NCBI RefSeq assembly: GCF_008831285.2 | Contig: NC_045138.2 | Coordinates: 33,170,001 to 33,234,000, forward strand | Reading direction: 5' to 3' | DNA: 64,000 bases | Origin: Nymphaea colorata | Lineage: Eukaryota | Shown: piece after piece, positions 1 through 13,470 of the stretch | Layout of the letters: the number at the start of each line of letters is the position of its first letter | Position numbering within the stretch: the stretch's first letter is position 1 | Position numbers and translations under genes: made by a program | Notes under the pieces: generated by a model | What the model was told of the DNA's origin: nothing | The model's input: only the letters and a program-made list of their open reading frames with translations | Databases searched by the model: none

Positions 1-1619
1 TAAGTTGCACATTCAATTTTCACGTTCCTTTTAGTTCTAGAAATTTCAATATTTTGCATTCGGTCATATACTTGGTATTCTAAAAAAACAGCACCCATAT
101 AAGAGATACAATTGACTATATATATGTTGTGTGTGTATATAAAATTTAAACTGTTTTAATAAATGTCAGTTTTAACAAACGTGATCATTGGCCTAGGAGA
201 AACATGTGGCTGTAATGCCCCTAACCAAAAAAGGGAAATTAATAAAGTCAGCATTTCTGAAATGACAAAAGCATGAAAGAAAAGTACTCTCTTTTGTTGA
301 CAATACATTAACCACACGAATCTTTCAACTAACAATTGATTGAGGCAATTAATATTATTAAATAAGTCATAGATTAGTCCACCTAAATATCATAATTTAA
401 TTACTTTATGTATTTTCCGAAAACATCTGCCTCGCACGTGCACAGATCTTACACACACACACACACACACGTCAGCCGGATGTTAGACGTTGCCTCAAAG
501 CTAAAAGTTTGAAATATGTCGTTAAAAATTAGTTATTACAAGAGTATCAGTGACAGTTTATAGTGTAGTAACTGTATTATGATGTTTTTAACAATAGATT
601 ATGGTGTTTTCAATAACAGATTTTTATTTTTTAATCATCCACAAACATTTGCTAGACTCCAATCCTCTTACACATATTAACTTAATTTTAACAACCTCAC
701 ATGTATACTACAGTGTGAGCTTTGACGCATTTAATAAATAAACTAATTTAAAGCCTAAAATTTATTCGTGACTGGCCTCTAGATAACTGTAGTTGATGCG
801 GGGTCGATTCGGGCCATATCAGTTGTATCAAACGTATTTGACTTCCTGTCGGCTGATATTTCGTTAGAATAGATGATGACTTTCTTTTCTCCATTAAATA
901 CTCAATAAAAACTAATACGAGCTAATACATAGGAGACGTAAACAAATGTGGTTTTTAATCTTCCATATGTTGGAAAGTCAGATTCTATGATGTGCTTACG
1001 ATATATTTTATTTCGCTTAGGTGATCTAATAGTGAATTCAGCTAAGATAAACAATATAGGTAGATCCATGTGATCAAATTCCAAAAGGAAACGGAAAAGA
1101 AAAATCTGAGGGAGCCATTTATAATTCAACCATTTTTCTATGCATAAGAGAAGGAGTTCTGACCTCTTATTTTTCTTTCATTCTCTTACTTTCACAATGA
1201 TCCTATTATATATATATATAACCGATTATACGAGTAAAACCAATATCAAAATAATGTTACATGTATATAATGAATATTTAAAGCCATTGGTTCACCCAAA
1301 TTTCCCCTTTTGAGCCTTTACATGTATATAATGAACCCCTTTTGAGCCTTTACATAATTGGTCGGCATGAGAAAACAAGCACGACTATTTGTGGAGCAAA
1401 CAAAGCTAATCATGTTTGAATATTGTGTGCACTTTGTTATATAATACAAAATGAGCGGACGAAACTTTTTGAAACGTTATTTCAATTATAATTTAAGTGT
1501 CTTTTGGAAAATAAATATTTTTTATAGAGAAATGCATGCAAAGTATGGGACAGAAGCAACGAAGGGAGAGAAAAAAGACAGAGGGTGAGAAAAGAGGACA
1601 CGTCTTTGACAACCAAATC

Positions 1620-3578
1620 CGGGCCCCACCAGCCGATCATCTCTTAGTTGTGTCTCCGTCACCCTGCTGCTAAAGTTAAGCGCCCTCCCTCTCTGTTTCT
1701 CTCTCCCTTTTGTGACGACCCAGCTGCTCCATTCTGCAAGCTCTAATTGCGTCTCAAGAAGTTCACCAAACTGAAAAGTATGTATTATCTTCTTTCCCCC
1801 CTTTCTTTTGCTGCTCATACAATTCTTTTTTCGTTGAACTGACATGAAAACGAAAACAAATGGGTCCTGTATACTTATGTTTTCTCATCTGGTGCTTCAA
1901 TTTCTATGCTATGGCTGTTGACGCTTTATATTTCCTGAAATTTTCTGCGATTTCTGGTATCATGAAACTATTTGTTTCGCAATTTAGTGGCGGATTTCAG
2001 TTCAACAGGGTTGGTTCCAATTCTTTGCTTAAGCGACAAGGATTAAACCCACAATTTCCTCTCCGAGAGCAAGCCTACTTTGCCTTTTAATTCATATGTT
2101 CATATAGGTTTTTGTGATTTCTTGCTATAAGAATAAAAGATTATTGGCCAAAGTACGTACCTTGTTTCTGTCGTCTAAATTTCAAATCTGTGACGAGAAC
2201 CTTTCAAGCTTGTAGTTGTAGATGATCATTGCCATCAAAAGATTTTGCTTGAAGAATTTAACGAACCGCACCGCTCTATGGATTTTGAGGATTTTTGAAC
2301 TACTGATGTGCGAATCCCGAGCTTTTCCTCTACTGCAGGCTTTGGCTTCTTCAGTCAAGGCGATATTTCGATCTTCATAATGCTCAAATCTGAAAAAAAA
2401 AAAATCAATTTTTTTTACCTTACCATCAGTCAGTCAAAGCAGGGGAATTTCGGTACCATGATCTAACGGCTTTGAGGTCGAATCTAAAAGTTATCCTCCA
2501 ACCTGCATATTAAGGGCAATATAATATGAACATGGGCTTCAAAACCAACTTGCATCATTCAAATCAAAATTTCTCATAAAACCACGCCTTCATCTTGATC
2601 TTAGTTTGCTACTACCTAATAACAATTCATTACCCAATCCAATCAGCAGACCAACCAACTAAAATTTCGAGCATTATCAACTACCTTTCTCAGCATCTTG
2701 ATTATGTTAGTGTTCCAGAGACATGGTAGCCGTTGCTCCCTTTTAATTAACTAGTAAAATATTTTGACCGTAGAAGAAAAAGGGCAGAAGAATTCTTTTC
2801 AATCTGAAAAAAAAAATTATTTGCCTCTAGAGCACAGGCTGGCAAAAAGAAGGGCGAATCAATCACCCCTGTCACTTTTCGAAATTTTGGTTCAACCCGT
2901 TTTTTGTTTCGAATTATAGGACCATTTGTTTACACCAGCAGCAAGATCAGTAAAAATATATATACATATATATTTTGAATACAGACTAGAAAAATAAAAA
3001 TCAAGATTCGGATCGGCCTACCAGGACTCAATGACGAGTGGGTTCAGTCCACAGCTTTGAATGCAGGCCCATAGTTATTGACAATAACAATATTTGGTTT
3101 ATAGCGAGTGGAAGATCCATACGTGCAAGTGCTTCCTTTTCTCTTTTCCTACTCAAATTGCCTTGCGAAGGTTTTCTAAAACCTTTCTTTTTTGTTTTCA
3201 ATTCTTATACAAAGAAGATGAATTTTAGATATTTTAAACATGATTGCGGCAGATATTTTCTGTCAAAATTTTGGCACATTTGTAATTACTGATTAGTACG
3301 CTTAAGGCTTTTCAGCCAACGTTTTCCACAAGCACAAGTGACGTTTTGGTCAAGACCGAAAGAACCAGTTGCCTTTCCAACGCATCGCACACCTACCCCT
3401 GAAGAGCCTGTAGCACGTCAGGGTCTAACCAAGATGACTAACTTACCCTTCAGGAATCCGGAATGGACGAGCGGCCTGTTGTTGCCGTCCCTTTCAGAGG
3501 CGGGCGAGAAATTTGTTGTTTTCCGAAGCTCCTCGGAAATCCTTCGTTTTGTTAATCTTCGAGGGCTCTAATTTTTAG
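1620..3578 (+). promoter_or_regulatory. Putative promoter / 5'UTR exon(s) and intron(s) of the PB1 gene
   Basis: GGGCCC element and CT-rich leader near 1620-1780, donor-like AA|GTATGT near 1778, T-rich intron-like sequence, and acceptor TTTTTAG|G at 3578, 87 nt before the ATG. Splicing is inferred only. Confidence 0.4.
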
Positions 3579-3664
3579 GCGTGACGGGAAGCAGGTCGAT
3601 GGCCGGAATCTGACCGAGCGAAGGCGCTGGAAAAAAGGAAATCCACGATTCTCGAGGGATCCAG

Positions 3665-5005
3665 ATGGCGGCGGCGACTCACCCTCAATCCGAGCCGGAT
3701 TCCGTGGGCTACGCCGACTCAGTCGGCTCCTCCCCGCGCTCCACCACGTTGAGCCGCGGCAGCGAGGCCGAATACCACCAGAGATGGGCCGAGGATGGGC
3801 AGGCACGAGTCCGCTTCATGTGCTCCTTCGGCGGGCGGATTCTCCCCCGCCCCCACGACAACCAGCTCCGGTACGTCGGCGGAGAAACAAGGATCGTTGC
3901 CGTAGGCCGAAACACAGGATTCGCGGGCCTGATGGCGAAGCTATCGAAGATCGCCGGCGACGACGTGACCGTGAAGTACCAGCTTCCGAACGAGGACCTC
4001 GACGCCCTAATTTCTGTAACGACCGACGAGGATGTCGAGAACATGATAGAAGAGTTCGATCGCCTATCCATTTCCGGAGGTCGCGCGGCTAGACTCAGGC
4101 TATTCCTCTTTCCCGCGTCGTCCACCAGCCGATCGGACGGCCTTGGTGCCTTCCTTGATGGATCCAAGCGGGGGGATTGGTTCTTAGATGCCCTTAACGG
4201 CGGCGGATCCTCTAGGGGCGGCCCCGTTCCCGAGCTCGAGCGGCGGCGATCGGAGGCATCGTCGGTCGTATCTGAGGTGCCAGACTACCTCTTCGGCTTC
4301 GATCATCCTGAAGCCATGGACCGAGATGACGGCGTCCAGAGGCCGCCGGCCGCTCCGAAGTCAAAACTGCGGCCGATTGCCGGGGATCAGGCGTCCGCTT
4401 CCGAATCTGGATCCCCTGCACCTCCAGCAACACCTCAGCACATCTCTACACCTACTTCCGCGATGTCCGTCCCGCCGATTCCCGATCTCCCCCCGCTCAA
4501 GATCAAGCCAGAGGGCGATCCGCTGACCGCCCCTCGAGCAAGTAGGGCAGAACCTCCGAATCCGGCTGCCGAGGGTTTCCCGAATCTGAGCTTCTCTCGC
4601 CAAGAACAGGTGTGGCCATATCTACCCGAATCTCACTATCCCGCCGGAAACCCGCCGGTTGCGCCGATGCCGGTTTATTACATTCCGGCTGGAGCTGTCC
4701 CGTTTTCCTACGGTCAGCCGATGGTGCCGACAAGCGTAATCCCTCCAGCGAACCTGCCTCTCCCGACGGTCCTGCTGCATAGGGCCTCGCAGGGCCAAGT
4801 GTACCGAAGTGTGGCGCCGGAGACGAGGCCAGCCGCCGAGACCTTCGATTACCCGACCGGCATGATCCAGGAGGGGGCAGTTCCGCAACCGGTATACTAT
4901 GCACCCAGAATGTACCCGGTGGGGACTCCGGCGGCTTCCGATGGCCAACTAGGCGGCAACGCAGCGGACATGATCGGCAGAATTTCTCAGACGCAGCAGA
5001 AATAG
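3665..5005 (+). CDS. PB1 (Octicosapeptide/Phox/Bem1p) domain protein, plant PAL OF QUIRKY-like family, 446 aa
   Basis: Long GC-rich ORF. N-terminal DSVGSSPRS motif, PB1 core VRFMCSFGGRILPRPHDNQLRYVGGETRIVAV...KYQLPNEDLDALISVTTDEDVENMIEEFDRL...RLRLFLF, then family motifs WFLDALN and SEASSVVSEVPDYLFG, and a Pro-rich tail. Confidence 0.93.
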   Translation: MAAATHPQSEPDSVGYADSVGSSPRSTTLSRGSEAEYHQRWAEDGQARVRFMCSFGGRILPRPHDNQLRYVGGETRIVAVGRNTGFAGLMAKLSKIAGDDVTVKYQLPNEDLDALISVTTDEDVENMIEEFDRLSISGGRAARLRLFLFPASSTSRSDGLGAFLDGSKRGDWFLDALNGGGSSRGGPVPELERRRSEASSVVSEVPDYLFGFDHPEAMDRDDGVQRPPAAPKSKLRPIAGDQASASESGSPAPPATPQHISTPTSAMSVPPIPDLPPLKIKPEGDPLTAPRASRAEPPNPAAEGFPNLSFSRQEQVWPYLPESHYPAGNPPVAPMPVYYIPAGAVPFSYGQPMVPTSVIPPANLPLPTVLLHRASQGQVYRSVAPETRPAAETFDYPTGMIQEGAVPQPVYYAPRMYPVGTPAASDGQLGGNAADMIGRISQTQQK

Positions 5006-5472
5006 CGGTTTCCAACCCGCTAACGGTTCCCGCGCAATGACCCAGACTGTAGTCGCGGTGGCCTCATCTACTTTCGCGCGATTGTTTACCGAAATTTTTT
5101 TGGTCAACGGTGAGACGTGTTCTTCGTTAGGACAATCATGACGTTTTAATTTGCGTAAACATATGTGTATGGATGTCCTTGGTCGTTGGCCTTACAGGGT
5201 ATCTCTGTCATTTCCATATTGTGAATGTAAGAGCTTTGATGGTTTGTGTATGCGTGTGGGTGCGTGCGCCAACGTGCATGTCAGTGTGCCTGAGATTGCA
5301 CGAGGTTGAGGGTGGGAGGGACTTTTTTTCTCTTGTTTTTTGTGCGTGGACGGGCGAACTGAACTGAATTGGTGAGGACGATTCAATACCACTGCGCAAT
5401 TTCCCTTCCCTGATGAAAGTGATCATAAAAGTATTAAAGCATGATACATGTGACTGGTCTGATATGTTATTG

Positions 5473-5538
5473 CAAGTGCCGCCGCAGATAACCTGGCTTG
5501 ACAGGGCTGAGCACTGGATAGTCCTCAATGTGCTTATA
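5473..5538 (-). pseudogene. TYDC: Aromatic L-amino acid (tyrosine/tryptophan) decarboxylase fragment 2
   Basis: Minus-strand translation YKHIEDYPVLSPVKPGYLRRHL matches the plant AADC motif YYKxIExYPVLSQVxPGYLRxxL. Shares 35 nt (one mismatch) with 8156-8190. Confidence 0.8.
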
Positions 5539-7060
5539 TTAAGATAAGATAGTGGCGAGGCTGTCAAACTACAGTAAGTAGAATAAGACGAGATGGATCA
5601 GGGATAACTGCGGAGAGCGTCGCAATGGATGTTGCTTCTTTACTGTAAGCTAGAGCAAAGGAGGGTTTTGTTATTGGTGCAAGAAATATGTATAATCGAC
5701 CATTTCACTTTGACCTGCTAAATCCGACGGCCAGAACAGAATGATAATAAAGGATTAAAAAAAAATCTTTTTCTAATTACTTGCTTCTCTAGCTTTATTT
5801 TGATTGCTTTCTTGTTTGTTCGAAGCAATCATTCAAATGGAGCCACTAAATTTTCCTGTGTAACAAAAATGCCTTCAATTAATAAAAAAAATTAAAACAA
5901 ACAAAAAGGACAAGTGAAAAAAAAAACATTTCTTTTCAAATGATTACCAAAATTCTCCCTTCTGGAGTACGTGGTTTGCATGCACCTAATGGCACTGGCA
6001 ATTCACTTCAAGTGAAGCCTTAGCCTCAAACATTTAATATTACCTAAAATATGTGCTCTAGGTGAGCAGAAACGCAAGTTGATCACCAGGCGGTCCAGTA
6101 GATTTGGCTGAGAGGTCACGCCGTGGTTTTTAGCATAAATTCTGATACAAATCTGCGCCTAGATTTGTATCTTACATTCAGATAGTTTAATTCAATAAGA
6201 AAACACAATAACCATAATTATTAACCAGACTCCGATGTGATATTGGATCTTTAAGTACTGAATTTTAAAAAATATCCGAGTCTCGTACCATCAAAATCCG
6301 ATTACTCGTTGATGTATACACCTTTGATGTAGTAGGCATAGTTTGTGTCTCCCCAGAGCGAATAATCAAAGATTAAAAGTCAACAAAAATTGTCGGGTGA
6401 AATCCTAGCGCACGCAGAGGTTAAAGAATTCTTAAAATAGATTTAGACAGTTTTAAAAAATTATTTTTTATAAATTTGCGTGCTGTCGTTACAGAAATAA
6501 CTTTCATAAGTTTTTTATGCACTTATATATGCATCACCTGTATTAGATATATTATCAAATCTAGCAACAAAAAACTATTATTGAATATTTTTATCAGATC
6601 GACGATGGTAAGCTCGTTTGCGTTTAAAGCCGCTTTTATCGTTTTGACTGCCATGTGCATTCCATTTTCAATGGCTTATGTGCCTTTTTCAATTGCTTTT
6701 GCAATCAGATTCGGACTTAGACTCGAATTCTGTATTTCTTGAATGGAATTACCGCGTCTGAGATCCAATTATGAAACTTTATATCAAATTCTAAAATCAT
6801 TTTCCTGATTTAACAGATTCAACTAAACCGTTTCAAAATTAAATCAGGAACGATATACGATCTTGTAGATATTTGTAGGCGGATTTTGGTCATCCAGTCT
6901 AACACAGTAATGAAGCTTTTTTAAAAAGAAATGTTTAAATATTAATATTCATTAAGAATCTTGAAAGGAACTGTTAATTAAATTAGCATAGGATCTGCAC
7001 AGTAAGAACACCAAATCATGGAAGGCAGAATGAAGGCTGAGCATGCCTTGATCTTCATAT

Positions 7061-7370
7061 TAAGCCTGGGTACCGGGCCGGGCTATTGCTGAGTACCCGG
7101 TACCTAGCCCGGTCGGGTATCAGGTTGGGCCCACCGGGCCAGGCTGCTGATGAGTACCCGGTACCTAGCCCGATCGGGTCAAGGTCGGGTTGGGCCCGGG
7201 TCGGTCCAGCCCATTAATAATTTATAAAAAATAATTTTTGTTCTTTTTCAAACTTAATAATATGTATTTTATAATAAAATATATTTTATATTATTAAAAT
7301 AATTATTTTATAATTAAAATATACTTTTATTATCAAACGGGCCTAACCGGGTCGGACCCAAGCTGGGTCA
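7061..7370. mobile_element. Non-autonomous DNA transposon remnant (hAT/MITE-like)
   Basis: Begins TAAGCCTGGGTACCGGGCCGGGC, has dense GGGCC/CCCGG/CGGGT motifs, a duplicated TGAGTACCCGGTACCTAGCCCG and an AT-rich core. Absent from the homologous context at 38697-39032. Confidence 0.55.
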
Positions 7371-8155
7371 TGCTCCATACTTTAGGTATTCCTTATTGTT
7401 GCCCTTGTTAATTCGTCCTTAAGGTCAACTTTGAAATACAATCAAAGACCTTTTCACGATAAGAACATAAAATGGCACGTCATGCATTCGTTTGTGATTG
7501 ACATTGTCATTTGCACACATTAATTTTCACTTTTGGGGGTGTATAAGATAGGGATAACAATAGTCTAGGAGCAGTTGATAAAGATAGAAGACACTGATGT
7601 AACTTAAGCAAGGAGTGGGTTAGAATAAATACTTTGATGGCAGAATGGCAAGTCAGTATGGGCAAATGCCCACAGGAAGCAGAACGTATTGCATGTCACC
7701 AAGAAGGAGATCAAAGTAATACGGAAGGAAAGTGAGCTCATCGTCATCCCGAAGGTACTGTCTTTTGTATGGTCGATCGGCCTTACGCACGATTGGGATA
7801 AAGGAAGTGAACAATATCGTAATGGATTAAGTTCACAATAAACCCTAAGATAACTTTCCCTACACCTATTTGCATCATTTTTGTTGACTTCGATATTCTG
7901 ATTATAACTTGTGTAGAACTTAAAATAAGCTCAGATGGAACCCGATAAGATAGAGATAAGCTATAGTCTGCCTCCCAGGACGAGCATCGGTTATGACCAG
8001 AGAGATTTTTGACAAGCTCGTAAATGATAACAAATTAAACTTTGATTTTGTTTAATGAAATCCTATTATTTAGAAATCAGTTTTTTAATTTAATTTGTAA
8101 TTGCAAGTGTACCTGCAAATAGACCACGACAGTACATATACATCGACGAGGGGAG

Positions 8156-8298
8156 GGGCTGAGCACTGGGTAGTCCTCAATGTGCTTATAATAGTCGGCT
8201 ATGAAATCAACGACTTGATGGGCTTGTTCACAGAATTCCTCCGAGTTCAGTAGGGTGGCACTTCCTTTGGCATCAATATTGGTGAGGAGGAGGCCCAT
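8156..8298 (-). pseudogene. TYDC: Truncated 5' end of an aromatic L-amino acid decarboxylase (TYDC/TDC-like)
   Basis: MGLLLTNIDAKGSATLLNSEEFCEQAHQVVDFIADYYKHIEDYPVLSP matches the AADC N-terminus (EEFRxQAHxxVDFIADYYK). Similarity stops after about 48 aa; full-length enzymes are about 500 aa. Confidence 0.88.
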
Positions 8299-9483
8299 GT
8301 CAAAATAGAGTAAGAAAGAAACACAAGAGTAGCATTAAGGATGATGGTGGAGTGGTAGCGGTGGAGTGGTAGTGAGGGGCTTCGGCGGAGGGAGAGATAC
8401 ATATAGATAAACCAGCCTGGTCTAAGGCCGATGGTAAACAAATTGTTGTGTTGGATCACTTTCATGTAAAGGACCGGATCCAAACAAAAACAAAAGGAAA
8501 GCACCGCTTGATAGATTAAATTTGAAAATATAAATAAAAAAGTTGAAAGAGAAGGGGGGCTGATTTCTTTTGAGTGCGTTGGGCTCTTGGGCTTTTTCTT
8601 CTAGTTGTTATTGAAGAGAGAGAAAGAGAGAGAGGGAGAGTTCTTGTTTTCTATTATTTTTTTAAATCATTAAAGAGATCTAAAATAGAGAAAAAGAGAT
8701 CACCTCATGTGGAGGATCCAGATTCTTGACGACCCCTTGACAGTATGGCTTGATCACCTCCAAATGTAAAAATGTAATTATTTAGTGTGGAGAGAAAGGA
8801 TCACATTTGGCGACATGAAATGAAAACATGTCGAATCAGGGAAAAAGAAAAGGAATTGAAATCCGTAGAATTAGTAGCTAGGACAACAGCAAACAAATAA
8901 GCGACCCACCCTTGTTCGGCTATACGTCTAAACTGTGGCCGAACAAGAAAGAGCAAATGAGGGTACCAATATATAACAAAAAAAATTCCAACAAACCGGC
9001 CAATCAAATGATACTCATGTTCCACGCAAAGAGAATAAAATTTTCACGATGGATCGGATTTTAAAGCATTCAGACTCACATATTACTTCGGTTAGTCCGT
9101 TCAACACCAAGAGATGTTCCGTACCTCTTTTGACCAAATCTATCATTCTTTCTGATCGACTTTCAATTTTGCACTAGCAAGTTCGTAGAGTGAACGTTCC
9201 ACTAATTCCTTAAGTTCAATCAGCAAACTCGAGAAAATAATAGTGGCGATCACACTAATCGAAAACTAACCACCCACTCGGATGTGAGTAGTGCACCATA
9301 CACTCGGATATACTGCATAACGGATATATATTGTGGGTGCACAGAAAAATTGCATGACCTAAAATTTTCTTTTCATAGAATGCGTTGGGCTCCCGGTAGA
9401 AAAGTTTTCATTTTATCGGTTTCATTTGTTTAATGGTCAATGCGTGGCTTCAGTTGTGTCAATATCCACAAGTTCAAGAGGAT

Positions 9484-9675
9484 CACTACAACCAGTCCTG
9501 ATTTTTTTACCACGGCAATACCTTCCGCCAGAAACACTTAGGTCGTCGCCACTAGAGACACTAAGGTCGTCGCCACAAACAATGGCCACAACCTCTGGCT
9601 TGTCAACCAAGGTCTCCTAGGCAAAAGGTGGTTAGTGAGAAAAATTTCTTGCGACTACTTAATCCGTCGCCAATT
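9484..9675 (+). mobile_element. CACTA (En/Spm) element terminus with subterminal repeats
   Basis: CACTACAA at 9484 followed by repeated GGTCGTCGCCA (x2), CCGTCGCCA and inverted GCGAC motifs. No matching TTGTAGTG end noticed in the window. Confidence 0.72.
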
Positions 9676-11439
9676 GATATTTAGAAAAAAAAAATCAAAA
9701 TCAGAAAAGGAAATCAACGCAGGTTGTTGTAGAATTCCCGTTGTTGTAAATCGGCAGGAGCAAGAGAGAGAGAGAGAAAACAGGCCCCAAAACAGAGGGC
9801 CTTTTGGTCAACCTTCACGGAAATGAAAGAGAGAGAGAGATGCTTGTACCTGAGCTGCCAGCTCGCCGATGGACAATCTACTTACCCCTCTCCGCCTACT
9901 GGTGGTGGTCTGCTGCCGCCATGGGTGCCTATGAGACTGTATTGTCTGTGAATGACATATTCAAGCATAAGTGTTTATTTTTCTTAAAAAAGATGGTATC
10001 GTCCAACCATAAACTTCATACTAGATATCGATCCAAATGAAGGCATATCCAACCCATTGAAATATCAAACAGAACCGATCAATGCCAGACCCTCAATACA
10101 ATTTAAGAAGAACAAGTTATTTTCATATGTGACAAGACGGGAATACTTAAAAAACTGATTTTCATAAAAAAACAAATGCTTATCAATGGGCATGTCATCA
10201 ATTGTGTAGTCCATGAATTTTGAATACCACTAGCATGAACAAGATCTATACATGTGCACATCTAGTTAGCAGAAAAACAACTACAGATAAATTACATGGT
10301 TGTAAAGAAAGTACTTAAAACTTACAAGGGGATTCCCATCCTCACCTAGGGTCTACAACTTCTAGCACCTTATCATCTTAAATTGAATCTACAGCCTTGT
10401 CGTCCAATCCACACAGCTTATTAAAAACTAAGGTAAGTGGAACACATAGATGTTGTCGTCAGTGTAACAGCATCAATGACTTGCTCCTTGTGCTCCCCAA
10501 ACCAGTTTTGGTAAGAATCACCAATGACCACCTTTCCTCCCAACAACAGTCTTAATCAGTTTCATCAAAATCTCATTGTAAAACAAATTGGTTAGGGTGC
10601 TCATTTGGTGAATTGGTTGATTCAATGACTCAATCAGTTGGGTGCCACAAGAATTGAAGCACTAGCTTCACATCAACAAATACATGTTTTTCAATACTTG
10701 TGCACGTGTCTTTATACTTGGGTATGAGTAGAGAGAGAGACACATGTTCATGACAGAAACCTAACCTGAGTCATATCTTCCATATGCTTTAAACCACAAC
10801 AAACATTATGCATTAAACCAGAACGAACATAAAAAGAAAAGGCATATATTGTTCTTGGAAAATATATATATATATCACTGTTCACCTTCTAGTTCATCAT
10901 CCTGGGCCTTACTTACAACAGCAACATCTGGATAACATCAAAAACCAATAACAGATCTTAAAACAAGCTTTCCATGACATTCTGAAATAAGTGTTAGCTA
11001 TTTTCATGCCTAAAGAACTTGCATTCTAATATATTTTGGACTAACCTCAGCCCACCTTCTTTTCCACATGTCTGTTATGGGAAGGGGAAGAACTGGATTA
11101 AAAGCAATAGCCTCAATCGACAAGGAGGAGGTCGAAGAGCCAGCCTTAAATGAAAATAGCATCAATGAGAAAAGACTCAATAATATCATGATTTTCCCCC
11201 AATGCAGGCTACTATCTTGATTTGTGGATAAACAAACACATACTAGTCAAAATATCCATAACATTCAACTAACATGACACAAGAAGAAACTGAATACTAA
11301 CCTGGTTCAAAACTATGAGGAACCCATCTGTCGAAGCAAAGGCATGGGTTGCTAGTTGGTGATGATGAAGAATAACTCCACCCCATTTTGCAAAACCATA
11401 CATATATTAGATGAACCCAGGAACAAAACTCATGCAAGT

Positions 11440-13440
11440 TCAAAGGATAGAACTTTTCAAAAATGTCACAGTTCAAAATCGACCAATTCTTTTGAAAACA
11501 TATAAGAGATCTTCCATGACAGCCTCAACCCTAAGTCTAGGTTATGTTGAAAAACAGGTTGAAGGCATTTCAACGGGCTGAAGACACTCGGTTAAGATGG
11601 AATAATGGGTCAGGTTCCCAAATGATCTGCCTCTCCTAAGACAGAGGAAAAGATGGACAAATGGTCACATTGCATAAGTGAACTAGGTTTGAAGAGTTTC
11701 ACCAATTCCATTAACGGACTAGTAGTTCGTTAATGAATGGCAAACACCTTTCAAGACCAAAGGGTATTGGTTAATTCCTCTTATGCCTAAAAAACCTCGA
11801 AACATAACAAAACATGTCAAGTTTTTACTTTGAAATAGTTCAAAATTATCAATTTAACTCATAAGCTTGAGTGCTCGTGTTGTGCAAATAAATATGTCAT
11901 TTTTTTACCCATAGTACCGTACAAGGATTAGGATCCATTTCACATCAATGTTGTTGAATCTCTAGAAGGGATAACTTTCAATTTCCAAAATGTGAACATA
12001 AAGGAATCATCCTCGACATCTTAGGTAATCAAGAAAAGGAGCAGATATTGACCCCAAAAACACACATCCACGAAAGACTGTCACATTTAATTCCTGCGAG
12101 TTCAGCCTTCATGTCTTTCATCTCTTGGCAGACACCTTTTGTTTTTTTTTCTTTTTTTTTTTTCTTTTGCATTCAGCTTTTTGCCTTTTGACTTTTTTTT
12201 CTTTTGATTTTTTTTTTAGGCCGACCTTCACCTTTGAGGGAATACCTCACCACCTCAAAGGCTACTACGAAGCTCCACTGCTTTGGTGGTTATGTGTAGC
12301 TTTGTCACGCGTCCAACCCGCTTCACCTTACGGGTTTTCGACGAGCCAAAGGTTCGTAAATCTTTATCTTCGCGAAATAGACATAAATCAACTTTATGCC
12401 TACCCGGTACTCTTGATTACTGACTCAGAAGAACAACTACACAAGCCCCGAGCCTATCTCTCAACACTCATTTTGCAACCTGCCAAGATCTTACAAAGCA
12501 TTGTGGCTTCTCTCTCAGTATATTTTCATGCCAAATCCTTGAAAATGTTTGAACACCAGAGTCAATATCATTTCCTAATCTTCACTTTCTCAGCTTCATA
12601 GGATTTTTCCTTAATGTTCAGATCCAGGATTTTTTCAACTTTCCTCTTCCATTGATTGACAACAAAAACTTGAAATTTTCTCCTACTCGGGAAGATACTA
12701 AGAGTAAAGCAAAGACATATCATTGTGAGAGAAGACATTTTAAAAATGTTTTTAAACAAAATTAAAATTTTTTCCTTTTACAAACGTTCTTGACATCAAA
12801 TGGTATATCACCAGGAGGCATGAACTATGTTCTCTAAAGAGAGGGGTGAATGCGAAACAAGATGGGTAGGCTGAGTAGAAGAACAAACTTCACCAACTTT
12901 AGGTTGACTTAAGGATGACAAGTTCTCATAAATGTTAGGTCAGCAACTGATTGAAAGTTTTGCAAGAGGTTTAGGTTAATTTCTTCTCTTTCCTTAAAAT
13001 CATTAGGGAAATGATGATGACAACTATGGGATTGGACACTATTAGACTCTGAATGTAAGGTTGTCTGCAGAAAGCAAAAGTAAAAATGTGTTCGGATATA
13101 GAACAAAGGCAGACTTTTCGATTTCTGACTGGTTCACAAATCTGGGTTAAAAAGACATTATATTGTAAAGAGACGATATGAAAACTAAGGATTTTTTATC
13201 TACAGAAGAAGGGGATTTTAGAAAACCAAAATTCTGAATTTTTTGAACAATTTTGGTATTTTTTGTATTTTTTTTTCTGAATTTCTGTACAAAGTAGAAC
13301 ATAATAAAAGTTCTCAAAAACAATTTTTCCTAATTAAACTATTAAAGGTCAATAAAAATCACAGAAAATTCAAAAAACTATAATCACATGCAAGAAGATG
13401 AAAACACAAAATGCTTGCACCCAAAGTGAACATACAATAC
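11440..13440. mobile_element. Dispersed repeat, probable non-coding region of an Athila/Tat-like Ty3/gypsy retroelement (copy 1)
   Basis: Blocks such as CATAAGCTTGAGTGCTCGTGTTGTGCAAATAA, AAAGGCTACTACGAAGCTCCAC and TATGCCTACCCGGTACTCTTGATTAC recur at about 27170-29050, 33520-35290, 42060-42545 (partial) and 45820-47120. The family assignment is inference; no gag/pol seen. Confidence 0.55.
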
Positions 13441-13470
13441 CCAAGCACACAGGGCAACAAAGCAACTCAC

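Noticed and set aside
902..3292. Short ORFs upstream of the PB1 gene and most other 60-110-aa ORFs in the track
   Set aside because: AT-rich, low-complexity translations with no recognisable domains.
3552..5015. Several overlapping ORFs (3709-4167, 4503-5015, 3784-4092 and others)
   Set aside because: Shadow frames of the GC-rich PB1 CDS with no independent motifs.
12125..12601. Recurrent ORF HHxKGYYEAPxLWWL...YAYPVLLITD (also 28096, 34401, 46413)
   Set aside because: Start, length and frame differ between copies; recurrence is explained by the dispersed repeat.
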